A program made the position numbers and the translations under genes. Positions 34,351 to 46,658 of a stretch of 64,000 nt of DNA are shown piece after piece. Below the pieces are notes generated by a model. It was not told where the DNA came from. It was given only the letters and a program-made list of their open reading frames with translations, and searched no databases. Source of the DNA: Macrostomum lignano (lineage: Eukaryota); NCBI GenBank assembly GCA_002269645.1, contig NIVC01001772.1, positions 62,001-126,000 on the forward strand, read 5' to 3'. Positions within the stretch are counted from its first letter, which is position 1; each line of letters opens with the position of its first letter.

Positions 34351-36207
34351 CAATTATTATATGCAACTTTAAAGCATTGTATGTAACACCCAATGGCTTA
34401 TATTTGTGGAATTGGCGAGTAAAGCCAGTTGCGTGGTGACAGTAAAGTGGTGACAAGTCAGAAGACAAACGCAGACTTTGAAAGGTACAGTACAGAAGAT
34501 TAGCGTAAATCCTATATAAGATTTTGCTGATCGATCCGCTGCCAGCAATCCGCTCAACTCATATGGTCTGACCAAAACAACATTATATCGAAATCGGATT
34601 TCCGACTATGGGATCTGGAACCAGACTGTTGTGTTTCAAAGGGGGAGGGGGGCAAGAGTAGCCCTGTTGTAAATACATGTACATGTGTACCTCCGATTCG
34701 ACTCATAAAAAAGTAAAAAAATACGGGCTTGTGCATGAAAAATTGGGCGGGGTTGTCATTCGATTCACACATCCCCATGAAGGCACATATGCTTGACGAT
34801 TAGCTAGGAAAGTACGGGCTTCTGTACAACCTGTGTGAGCGTGTGTATAAGTGCAGCATGTCTGCATGCGTACAGTGCAGTATTCACGCACTTGCATTTG
34901 CTTAGGAGTGCTGGCGCCCCTGGCCCAGCTCCTAAACCGTACGTGATCGATAGATCTGATACAGTGGCAAAATTTTGAAAAAAAAACAGCACGGGACGCG
35001 TGGCTATCTGAATGTATCCGCGGAAAATTATCTAATTCCAAACTACGAGGTAATTTATGTATTAAACATGTTCATGCAGTACCTCTCAACAAGGATCATC
35101 TGGACACGTGCAACAAAAACATTTAGGCTGTTTTTGCAGTTGTATGTTTTTTTCAAAATGTTGTGTTGTTTCATACATTTTAAAACCTCTATACTTGTAC
35201 TTGTATACACCGGAAGAATGAATATGTTGCAGTATTCTTCTATGCTTCATATATCCTGACGATTGTCGATTGCACGCACGAAAGAACGAAAATATATGGA
35301 TAAACAATGTACAGATTTTCTATGTTAAATTAGGTTTGAATGATTGGAAAAATACTTTATAGCTCTGTAACTATAAATACGACATGTAAATGTTAATTTT
35401 AGACCTTTTTTGTGAATTAAAAAAACAAAACGTAGATTCTGCCTTTGGTTTACTGCTTGCAATGTCGTGATGAGTTTGAAATAAAATATTTATGCGCAAC
35501 GTGACGGGGACGTGTTTAATTGTACTTAAAACTGCCGTTATAAAGGCTAGGTCTTCTAATTTTTTAGTTGTCTCCCGTTTGTACCTGAACTGTAATTGCT
35601 TTGATAAATTTTATAGTCTTAAGTATTATATGTTTTCTGTATCATTCCTTATTATTTGTCTATTTTAACTACCGTAGGAGTCTAAGACCTGGCCCTGGGT
35701 CGCGAGTCGCCCCTCGAGTTGGGGCCAAGCGAATATTTGCCAAAATAGATTTCCGACCCTTGGGATCGCACCCCTCACTGAATTCCAGGTTGTAACACTG
35801 CACTGGGACTGGGTCTGTAGGCCTAGGCCTATGCTAGACTGGTATCATTGGCAGATAGTCAGGCTAGGCCCTAGTACACAGAACACAGGCTGATTATGAG
35901 TTGAAGTTTTTATAGGGCCTATAAATCAATAACATGTGTTATCAATAATGTGTTATCAATATGTGTTATCAATAACACTAGGCCTATTGCAGAAACAGAT
36001 TAGACAGCTAGGGCCTAGCTCAAGCTGCTGGTTTTTTATTTCCATTTATGTTTTTTCAACTTCAAGAACTATTTTTCATAAGGCATACTATATATACTAG
36101 GCCTATTGTAGTATTGATTGGCCTATTTTTTATATCAATGTAAGTTTATAAAACTATAGCCAAATGCTAGGATTCATTTTTTATTTTAGGTCTAGTCATG
36201 TTTAAGA

Positions 36208-36724
36208 TAGGGATTGCAATCTTGGGATCCTGGGATCCCAAAATCCTAGTTTTGGGGTCCCAAATCTTGGGACAAATGTTTATTATTTTTTTTACAAAAG
36301 TATTGTATTATGAACATAATTGTGCCCACAACTAGTTTATTATACTGTGCTAATTTCTATAAATTGCCCCATGTCACACAGCACCCTTTTAAACCCAGCA
36401 TTATAGATTTAAATGTAAAATTTATTCCAATGTAAATTTTGATATTTGATTTGCTTCTTTACTACTAATTAGTAATTTTATATTACTTACTTAAATATGT
36501 CACAAGATAATGCTATTTTTCATCTACAAATATATCATTAACTTTATTACAATTAAAAATGGAATCAAAAACATTTAGTGCATATTTTAGTATATAGGAT
36601 TTTGCCTTAAAATTTCAACCCAGAAGCTTAAAAATAAATATTTTTTGATCCTATGATTGGCCTAATTCTAGGATTAAATCTTGGGATCCTGGGATTGCAA
36701 AAAACTGGGATTATGCAATCCCTA
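36208..36724. mobile_element. Non-autonomous hAT-like element (TIR TAGGGATTGCA)
   Basis: TAGGGATTGCA ... TGCAATCCCTA, 8-bp flanks GTTTAAGA / ATTTAAGA (7 of 8 match), subterminal CTTGGGATCCTGGGAT at both ends. Confidence 0.75.
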
Positions 36725-37730
36725 ATTTAAGAAATTTAGACTGAAGCCTTTTAGTTCTAAAGAGCACTTCATTTCAACTTTTAAATAAATTTTGTTTAAA
36801 CCAGCCTATAGTTAGATAGGCTTATTATAATTATAAACTTATTAATTTCTATGTATAGGCTACATACTAGCCTAGGCCTACCTTTTAAACTTCTTATATT
36901 AGATCTAGAAAGTTAGATATATGATTCACATTTAGTTATAACAAAAATCAAACAAAATAAAACTTATTTGGCTCTAGTTGCAACACCATTTTTATTTTAA
37001 ATTGTATTGTATTTGTATTTACTTATCTTATTTATATTAAATCTAATAATATAATTTTTCACTATGATATAGTAGTAAGAAAGTTAAGAATGACAAAAAT
37101 AGTTTAATCTATCACTTATCAATAGCTTTTCATTTGTTTATATCAGAAGAATGACTACACCTAGAAATAAATTTATCTAAACTTTAGCCCTTATTACCTA
37201 AACTATATGCACATGGTAGGCCCTATAAAAATATATATTGCTTGAGTCCTAGATAATATGGGGGTGATTCTTCTAGCCAACTAGGATTGGCATATAAAAT
37301 TTTTGCTTATTGCTATATAGAAGGGAGAAAAGAGACATGCCTTAAGTGGGTTAGACTGCTTTTATAAAATTTCAAAAGATCTAAGGGCTAAATATAGAAG
37401 CTTCATGGGCTCTATGTCATATATGGAGTGGTTTGTCAACCTTTTATCTAGTTACTATTAATTTGCATTAAAATATCTGTATTATAGAATCTGTAAATAC
37501 ACCTTTTAAGTAATTAATAAATGTAAAAACATAGCTATTATAGATATACAAGTATATAGGAACAAAAATAGAAAAAAATAAATTACATGTTAGAATAGAA
37601 GTTTCTATTTGTTTTTTAAGAGCTTTTTTGTGCCTTGAGTTCATTGTGAAATATAAATATATCTTTTTTTTATTTTATCACTTTTCAGTTGGTTCACAAG
37701 TAGCTATCATATTTAATATAAAAAGTCAAC

Positions 37731-40700
37731 ATGTCTGAAGCATCCAATGATGAATCCATTGATGATTTGTGTCAACTGAGTGTTCAGTCTTGTCAAAACA
37801 GTAAGTATTAATAAAGTGAACTATAATATGTAATGACTAATGGTAACTTAAAGCACAAAGAATTATCTAATATTTAAAAATAATTCATTTTATAGTGTGC
37901 CATAGTCTGCATAGGCGCTACATTCGCTCTCAAATTTACACTTGGTGTGGTGCCAACACTCTAGTCGCTGTCAATCCATGTCAACCTCTGCCAGAGTTGT
38001 ATACTGAGTCTGTGCTCAACTACTGTTTGACTGCTTCGCAAACTCAGGTTTGTTAGCTGGGCTAGGGTTTGGTTTACTGACTGTAGACTGGGGCTGTTTG
38101 TGTTGGGGTGCCATGGGTTGCTGGAGTGACGTGGGGTGAGAGAAGAGATTGATTGATAGATAGTGTGAGAAGAGAGATTGATAGATATAGGGCGACAGGA
38201 GAGATTGATTGATAGATATAGGGTGAGATTAGAGATTGATTGATTGATATAGGGTGAGATTAAAGATTGATTGATTGATATAGGGTGAGATTAGAGATTG
38301 ATTGATTGATATAGGGCGACAGGGGAGATTGATTGATAGATATAGAGCGAGAGGAGCGATTGATTGATAATAGGGCGAGAGGAGCGATTGATTGATAGAT
38401 ATAGGGTGAGATTAGAGATTAATTGATAGGTAGAGGGTGAGAGGAGAGATTGATTGATAATAGGGCGAGAGGAGCGATTGATTGATAATAGGGCGAGAGG
38501 AGCGATTGATTGATAGATATAGGGCGAGAGGAGAAAATGATTGATAGATATAGGGCGACAGGAGAGATTGATTGATAGATATAGGGCGACAGGAGCGATT
38601 GATTGATAGATATAGGGCGAGAGGAGAAATTGATTGATAGATATAGGGCGACAGGAGAGATTGATTGATAGATATAGGGCGACAGGAGAGATTGATTGAT
38701 AGATATAGGGCGAGAGGAGAAATTGATTGATAGATATAGGGCGACAGGAGAGATTGATTGATAGATATAGGGCGAGAGGAGAAATTGGTTGAGGAATAGT
38801 AAGAGAGGAGAGGTTTGTGGTGAGAGTAGATAAAGGGTCAGAGGTGAGATTGGTGGTTGGAGAGTGGGTGAGTGTGAATAGACCTAAAGTAGTATGCAAC
38901 AATATAGTAGAAAGGGTAAGGTATAGTAGATAAGCTAAAAATGCTACTTACACAAAAACATTTGCAGTCTCTGCTGACAAAGCAGCCACCTCACGTCTAC
39001 GGCCTGGCAGCGGTGGCCTATCATAATTTGCTAGTTAATAGTTCGACATCAAGCTGCGCCGGCGAAGGTACTAATGCACAAACGTTGATTGTGTCCGGTG
39101 TGAGCGGTTCCGGAAAGGTTTGGTCATTTTATTTTATTTGTTTATTTTCTAGCGTTAAGAAGATGAACTCATTAACCCGCTATATGGTCTAGCTAGCTAT
39201 TTAAAATAGATTAAGGACATCAAAGGCACCAAAAGCAGCTCAGAATGGAACATTGAGGGCGCTCTATAAAAGTACATTTCAAGGTGATAAAACTGGACTC
39301 AAGCTCGAATGCAAACAATTTTTAGACCGAGTCCAGCAAGCACCTGCTGCGATTCCTAAGCCACGCCAGTAGCAGCCTCAGCTGTCAACAGGACTGCAGC
39401 CAGACCGAACCTATCGAATCGGTTATCGAGGCTGTCAATCCTTTGCTGGAATGCTTTGGCAATGCCTGCACAGATGAGAATGAAAACTCGTCGCGATTTG
39501 GGCGACATCTGGAGCTCAGGTTTAATCGGTGAGTTGTCGTTTTTGAAGTATTTTGCTGCTCACAGCCAAACTCACAGCCAAAAAGGGGGATGCGATGAGA
39601 TTTTTACAGTTAGATTAAAGGGATGAGGTGAGAGACCGGTAGTTAAATCTAGGGGATGAGATTGGAGATCCGCAGTTAAATCTAGAGGGGTAAGGGGTGA
39701 GATTAGAGCTTTACAGTTGAATCTAGTAGGTGTGATTAGAAATTAGCAGCTAGATCTAGATAGTAATATTAAAGAGCTTGACAGTAGGATCTATAAGGGT
39801 GAGATTAGAGCTTGACAGTAGGATCTATAAAGGTGAGATTAGAAAGGATCTATAAGGGTGAGATTAGAGCTTGACAGTAGGATCTATAAGGGTGAGATTA
39901 GAGATTTACAGTAGGATCTATAAAGGTGAGATTAGAAAGGATCTATAAGGGTGAGATTAGATCTTGACAGTAGGATCTATAAGGTTGACATTAGATTTTG
40001 ACAGTAGGATTTATACGGATGAGATTAGATCTTGACAGTAGGATCTATAAGGGTGAGATTAGAGAGTTACAGTAAAATCTACCCGAATATAAGGGTGAGA
40101 TTAGAGATTGACAGTAGGATCTAGGGGATGAGATTAGAGATTGACAGTAGGATCTAGGGGATGAGATTATATATTGACAATTAGATCCAGAGAGTGAGAT
40201 TAAGAGTTAGTCAAATATAGGAAATAAGAAGAGAGGTTGCCCTGTGCGAGTCAGTGACTGCTCAATAATCCCCCCCCACTGGTCAGCCAGGGCCGCCTCC
40301 TTGGCGGGCAAATCCGCGTACTCCTGCTGGAACGCGGCCGCGCCCTCCAGCCCTGTGCCGATGCCAGTCAGCAGCAGCAGCTCCAGCATTGGCGCGACCG
40401 ACCATTTTACTCGCTGCTCTGCTGCCTATATGACACCGATTTTCGCGCCGATTTAAACGATGAAAATCTTGATAAGCGCCTATCGTTAATAGTCGATCCT
40501 GGCCTTCATAGCGGCCACAGGCCCCTGTCGCCCAGTCACAGCTGGACCAAAGTGGCGCCGCTGTTAAATAGATTTCTATCGGCTGCCACGGCTAGTAGGG
40601 AAGTCGCCAGACTGTTAGCTGGCATCCTACTATTAGCCAGGCTGCCAATTACTACTAGCTCAGGTGCGCGAGATTCTATTAGCGACAAGCTAGACGAGAA

Positions 40701-43651
40701 TTCCCCAGCCGAATTTCTGTCGGAATCGTTTGCTGACGCGGAGGCGGCCGCGTGCTCGGGTTTGGGCCTGAGCGAAGCTGGCCAGTTGCTAGCCTGTCTG
40801 GCCGGCGCTCGAATCGAGTCCGGTCGAGGCTCGGTGTTTGTTCGAGCTTGCACTATTCGCGAGTGCGCTGGAAGACGCGACGCTGTCTGCAGATTTCTCT
40901 ACGGCAGCCTGTTCGCTTATTTAGTTGGTCGGATTAATCGGTGCATTCAGGCTGGCGATGCTAATGATGCTACTGCTAGTAGCACTATTGGCATTCTCGA
41001 TCTGTACGGATTCGAGAATTTTCTTGGAAGAAATGGTAAGGGAGAATAAGCTGTCTATTGTTTTAATTTCCTTAATTACATTAAACGTGAAGTTACCTTG
41101 GTTTCAGACTGATGGTCTACGTATAGAAAGAGCAGTGACTTCGTAGAAATACAAGTTTGATTCTAGGGTGAAAAAACAACCAATTCTAGGGCGCCAAACT
41201 AGTTGAGTCTAGGGCGCCAAATTAGATAAGTGTATGGTGCCAAACTAGATGAGTCTATGGTGCCAAACTAGATGAGTCTATGGTGCCAAACTAGATGAGT
41301 CTATGGTGCCAAACTAGATGAGTCTATGGTGCCAAACTAGATGAGTCTATGGTGCCAAACTAGATGAGTCTATGGTGCCAAACTAGATGAGTCTATGGTG
41401 CCAAACTAGATGAGTCTATGGTGCCAAACTAGATGAGTCTATGGTGCCAAACTAGATGAGTCTATGGTGCCAAACTAGATGAGTCTATGGTGCCAAACTA
41501 GATGAGTCTATGGTGCCAAACTAGATGAGTCTATGGTGCCAAACTAGATGAGTCTATGGTGCCAAACTAGATGAGTCTATGGTGCCAAACTAGATGAGTC
41601 TATGGTGCCAAACTAGATAAGTCTATGGTGCCAAACTAGATGAGTCTATGGTGCCAAACTAAATGAGTCTATGGCGCCAAACTAGACGATTCTAGGGCGC
41701 CAAATTAGACGATTCTAAGGCGACAAACTAGACGATTCTAAGGCGACAAACTAGACGATTCTAGGGCGCCAAACTAGACGATTCTGAGGCGCCAAACTAG
41801 ACGATTCTAGGGCGCCAAACTAGACGATTCTAGGGCGCCAAACTAGACGATTCTAAGGCGACAAACTAGACGATTCTAGGGCGCCAAACTAGACGATTCT
41901 AAGGCGACAAACTAGACGATTCTAGGGCGCCAAACTAGACGATTCTGAGGCGCCAAACTAGACGATTCTAGGGCGCCAAACTAGACGATTCTGAGGCGCC
42001 AAACTAGACGATTCTAGGGCGCCAAACTAGATAAGTCTATGTTACCAACTACACGATTCTGTTGTGCCAAATTAGGCCGTGTTTAAGGCCCCAAAGTATG
42101 CGAGTCTATAGTGCCAAAAATTTGGGCTCCAGAAATGGTTTTTAATGACCTTGATTTGCCTTGTTACAAAACTTCCTATTTGAATAAGAACGGATAAAAA
42201 AACAGAACACATTCCCTTTGCGCACAGGCCTGGACCAGCTACTCATAAACTTCGCCAACGAACGTTTGCAACAGTTCTATTTGAATCATTTCGTATTGGC
42301 CGCTAAACAAGAGTACACAGCCGAACGGCTGCCCTGGGAAGGCGATATCGATCCAGTAGAAGACGAATTCAATTCACTAGATAGCGCTAACAGTCTAGTC
42401 GAGCTGTCAGTCGTGACTGAAGCTATCGGCCAAGCGGAGAGATGCCTCACAGCGCTCGAGGAGCTGTGCAGGCTTAACCGGCCAGACAGACAGTTGGCCG
42501 ACCGCCTGAACTGCAGCAGCAGCAACGGTGACTTCTCTATTCGCCATTTCGCCGGCAAAGTCGCTTATTCCATCCAGCAGTTTCCGGCGCACAATCGCGA
42601 CAGGTGCCCGCCAGAGCTGGTCAGTCTGCTTAGAGAACAGACTCAATCGCTGATGCTGAGAGAAATTTTAACTGATTCCGCTAGCAATGCTACTGTTAGT
42701 AGCTTTGTTCTGGCCGGCGTATCGGTTAAATTTCGTCAAGATCTAGCCAGACTAATAGATCGATTGCGATCCACTCGGCCGCTGTGGATTCGTTGTCTGC
42801 GACCGTCCTTGGTTCGATTCGATATGATGATGGAAACTGGCGCCGGCTGGTCGGATGAAGATGTTGCCAAGCAATTGGAATCTTGCGGCCTGCTGCCCGC
42901 CACCAGAGCGGCCCGGCGGCTGCACCCGGTGCGGCTGACCTACGCTGAATTCCTGACTCGCTACGGCTGCCTCATGCTGGCCCGGCGAGATCCTCATCCT
43001 CGTCCGCTGAACTCGCCTTCGCCGGCCGAATTCGAACTGGCTTACCGTCGGCAGAACGATCTGCCAACGACGCCGTCGCGCACGCCGGAGCGACTGCTTC
43101 GTCGACGAACCGGCGCCTCGCCAGCCGATCATCAGCGCCGTCTAGCGGCCGGCATCTTGACTGGTCGACTGGCCGGCAAGGCTTGTCCGCCGGTCCGATT
43201 CGGGCGACAGTTCGGCCGCGGCAAACTGTTCCTCACTGCCGGACAGGCGGCCGAATTAGACAGACAGCTGGCGCAGCACAGATCGGCTAGCGCTGTTCGA
43301 CTGCAACGCGCTGTGCGAACTTGGCTGCTAGCTCGACGACACCGCCAGCGGCAACGACAAGCTCCACAAAAAACCGAATCCTTTGTTAAACGTCGACAAG
43401 AACTAGTCGAATTGGCCAATGCCAACTGCCAGCAGGAGCAGCAAGAGCAGCAGCAGCAGCAGCGATCTACAGCCCCAGGCTTTGTGTCGCGTCACCGGCT
43501 TGGCCGACAATGTCGACGACTGAGCGAGGCTAGCCGGCGCCAGTTGTTTCGCGGCCCAACCCGAGCCGAACGACTGTTGCCGTACGCCAGGCAGCGGGGC
43601 CTGGCGGCGGCGCGCGGACTCGAGGATGCGCTGGATGACGACTTGGAATAG
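37731..43651 (+). CDS. Unconventional myosin, MYO19-like, 6 exons, about 915 aa
   Basis: Exons 37731-37800, 37896-38047, 38968-39117, 39326-39528, 40287-41035 and 42228-43651; all GT-AG and in phase. LVAVNP, PPHVY, P-loop [44 protein letters not shown], one IQ-like motif and a short basic tail. The class XIX call rests on recalled similarity (GNACT, size) and is tentative. Confidence 0.88.
38140..38790 (+). repeat. About 29-bp repeat (AGGGCGAGAGGAGATTGATTGATAGATAT)n in myosin intron 2
   Basis: Direct reading. Confidence 0.85.
39620..40205 (+). repeat. About 34-bp repeat (GACAGTAGGATCTATAAGGGTGAGATTAGAGCTT)n in myosin intron 4
   Basis: Direct reading; degenerate edges. Confidence 0.85.
41195..42050 (+). 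repeat. 23-bp minisatellite with two homogenised variants in myosin intron 5
   Basis: CTAGATGAGTCTATGGTGCCAAA, then CTAGACGATTCTAGGGCGCCAAA. Confidence 0.92.
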
Positions 43652-43781
43652 GCCAGCTGATTGAGATTTTGAGTTGCATGTAAATATATCATGTCTCTTG
43701 TAAACTTTACCGAGGCGACCATCTCCCGCCCTGGCTGTTAAAAAATGACATCCTACCCCAGTCTCCGCGCCTGCCGCGCCT

Positions 43782-44290
43782 AACTGATGAGAAATGGCAC
43801 CCTCCCCATCCTCTGCGAACAACTGATTAGAAATGGCACCCTCCCCATCCTCTGCGAACAACTGATTAGAAATGGCACCCTCCCCATCCTCTGCGAACAA
43901 CTGATTAGAAATGACACCCTCCCCATCCTCCGCGCCCAACTGATAAGAAATGACAGCCACCTCATTCCCCGCATTTGCCGCCCCGACTGATAAGAAATGA
44001 CACCCTCCCCATCCTCCGCAAACAACTGATTAGAAACGACACCCTCCCCATCCTCCGCGCCCAACTGATAAGAAATGACAGCCACCTCATTCCCCGCATT
44101 TGCCGCCCCGACTGATAAGAAATGACACCCTCCCCATCCTCCGCAAACAACTGATTAGAAACGACACCCTCCCCATCCTCCGCGCCCAACTGATAAGAAA
44201 TGGCAGCCACCTCATTCCCCGCATTTGCCGCCCGACTGATAGAAATGACACCCTCCCCATCCTCCGCTCCCAACTAATAAGACATGAAAT
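43782..44290 (+). repeat. Complex higher-order repeat (ACTGATTAGAAATGGCACCCTCCCCATCCTC...) 3' of the myosin
   Basis: About 41-bp basic unit grouped into a longer repeated block. Confidence 0.85.
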
Positions 44291-44707
44291 CCACCCCTCA
44301 GCATCTGCCGTCCGGGCTAATAGCTAATGATACCCATCCAATTTAAAACAATCAAGTCCGCTTTTAATTCGTAAAAATCTGCATTTCGATTGTCGAATCG
44401 CCACCCTTGAGTGCTTGTTTTGCTGCTCACAATTTTTATCACTTTACATTTATTAAATTAAAAATCTACAAATGCTTTGCACGTTTAGCCTTTATTTTTT
44501 ACACAAAATATGCTTGAAACCTAATTTATTATGTATTTCCACATCCTTGCTAACATGTCTTAATTAGGTCTATTTGCTATACATGGCTAAATATATGTAA
44601 CTTGCAAACCGTCCAGCATGTTTGCTAACAAATGAAATTTTACTGAGAAATATTTCTAATACGTGTTTCATTTGCTTTCTCACAAAACAAAGCCCTGGCG
44701 GCCTCCT

Positions 44708-45048
44708 GGATCCTCAGTTGCTGGGCCAGCCTCCCAGATCCTCAGTTGCTGGGCCAGCCTCCCAGATCCTCAGTTGCTGGGCCAGCCTCCCAGATCCTCA
44801 GTTGCTGGGCCAGCCTCCCAAATCCTCGAATGTTGGGCCAGCCTCCCAGATCCTCAGTTTCTGGGCCAGCCTCCCAGATCCCCAGTTGCTGGGCCAGCCT
44901 CCCAGATCCCCAGTTGCTGGGCCAGCCTCCCACATCCTCAGTTTCTGGGCCAGCCTCCCAGATCCCCAGTTGCTGGGCCAGCCTCCCATATCCTCAGTTT
45001 CTGGGCCAGCCTCCCAGATCCCCAGTTGCTGGGCCAGCCTCCCAGATA
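44708..45048 (+). repeat. 28-bp minisatellite family, copy 3
   Basis: Same unit as 5059-5868; about 12 copies. Confidence 0.95.
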
Positions 45049-45671
45049 TCAATCGCACAGCACTGCAAAAAAAAGTAAGCCTTCTTAGAAACGCTCATTG
45101 TGTTGATTTAATCCAAAAAAGCAGTTCTGTTTATTGCACTACTAATCTGTAGCTGTAGCAATCACCAGGAAAGTCGTAAGTCAGTCTTTGATGTTCAGTT
45201 TAAATAATTATATTTAACTGCCTACCGCGGCCAGGGCAATGCAAAGTCAGACAGCAAGTGAGACAGCATGCATATGCACTTTTAGTTGAAAATTTGGCCT
45301 TCAAAAAAGCTGAAACAAGCAGCTAGATATAGAATTGCTGTCGCATTAAGGAAACATTAAAACAATATCCATTAAAAATAATTATGCGCATAATTTGCTC
45401 TGACTTTGTCCGCTGAACAATGTTCAACCTTATTAATATCAATAGTGAAGTTATTTACGGTTGAAAAGCATAAATATCCTGACAATTCCCTACTTTGCAA
45501 TCTACTATCTTTCATCTCCCATTAAAGCTACCGATACACCGAAGCAAAAGCGATTGGAAAAATCCAATAACCAAAAAACTGGTGAAAATCGAAAACAATG
45601 TTCGATCATTTTTGTCAACTGCGACTAAAAATAGCGACTAAATATAGTGAATATTAATTAAAAGATTAATC

Positions 45672-46600
45672 CATCAACTGACCAATTAATCAATCAACTG
45701 ACCAATCAATCAATCGACTGACCAATCAATCAATCGACTGACCAATCAATCAATCAATTGACTGACCAATCAATCAACTGACCAATCAATCAATCGACTG
45801 ACCAATCAATCAATCGACTGACCAATCAATCAATCGACTGACCAATCAATCAATCAATTGACTGACCAATCAATCAACTGACCAATCAATCGACTGACCA
45901 ATCAATCAATCAACTGACCAAGCAATCAATTGACTGACCAATCAATCAATCAATTGACTGACCAATCAATCAACTGACCAATCAATCAATCAACTAGCCA
46001 ATCAATCGACTGACCAATCAATCAATCAACTGACCAATCAATCAATTGACTGACCAATCAATCAATTGACTGACCAATCAATCAATTGACTGACCAATCA
46101 ATCAATTGACTGACCAATCAATCAATTGACTGACCAATCAATCAATTGACTGACCAATCAATCAATTGACTGACCAATCAATCAATCAATTGACTGACCA
46201 ATCAATCAATCAATTGACTGACAAATCAATTGACTGACCAATCAATCAATCAACTGACCAATCAATCGACTGACCAATCAATCAATCAACTGACCAAGCA
46301 ATCAATTGACTGACCAATCAATCAATTGACCAATCAATCAATCAACTGACCAATCAATCGACTGACCAATCAATCAATCAACTGACCAATCAATCAATTG
46401 ACTGACCAATCAATCAATTGACTGACCAATCAATCAATTGACTGACCAATCAATCAATTGACTGACCAATCAATCAATTGACTGACCAATCAATCAATTG
46501 ACTGACCAATCAATCAATCAATTGACTGACCAATCAATCAATCAACTGACCAATCAATCAATCAACTGACCAATCAATCGACTGACCAATCAATCAACCG
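45672..46600 (+). repeat. (CAAT)n/CTGAC compound repeat 3' of ADK
   Basis: Direct reading. Confidence 0.9.
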
Positions 46601-46658
46601 ATCAACAAACAAACTGCCCAAGCGAACAGGTCATCAGTCAAACAGTACACCAGCCGCA

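Noticed and set aside
35676-35745. HDV-like ribozyme (CCCCUCG ... GCGAAU)
   Set aside because: Could not build P1, P2 and P3 with the required nested double pseudoknot.
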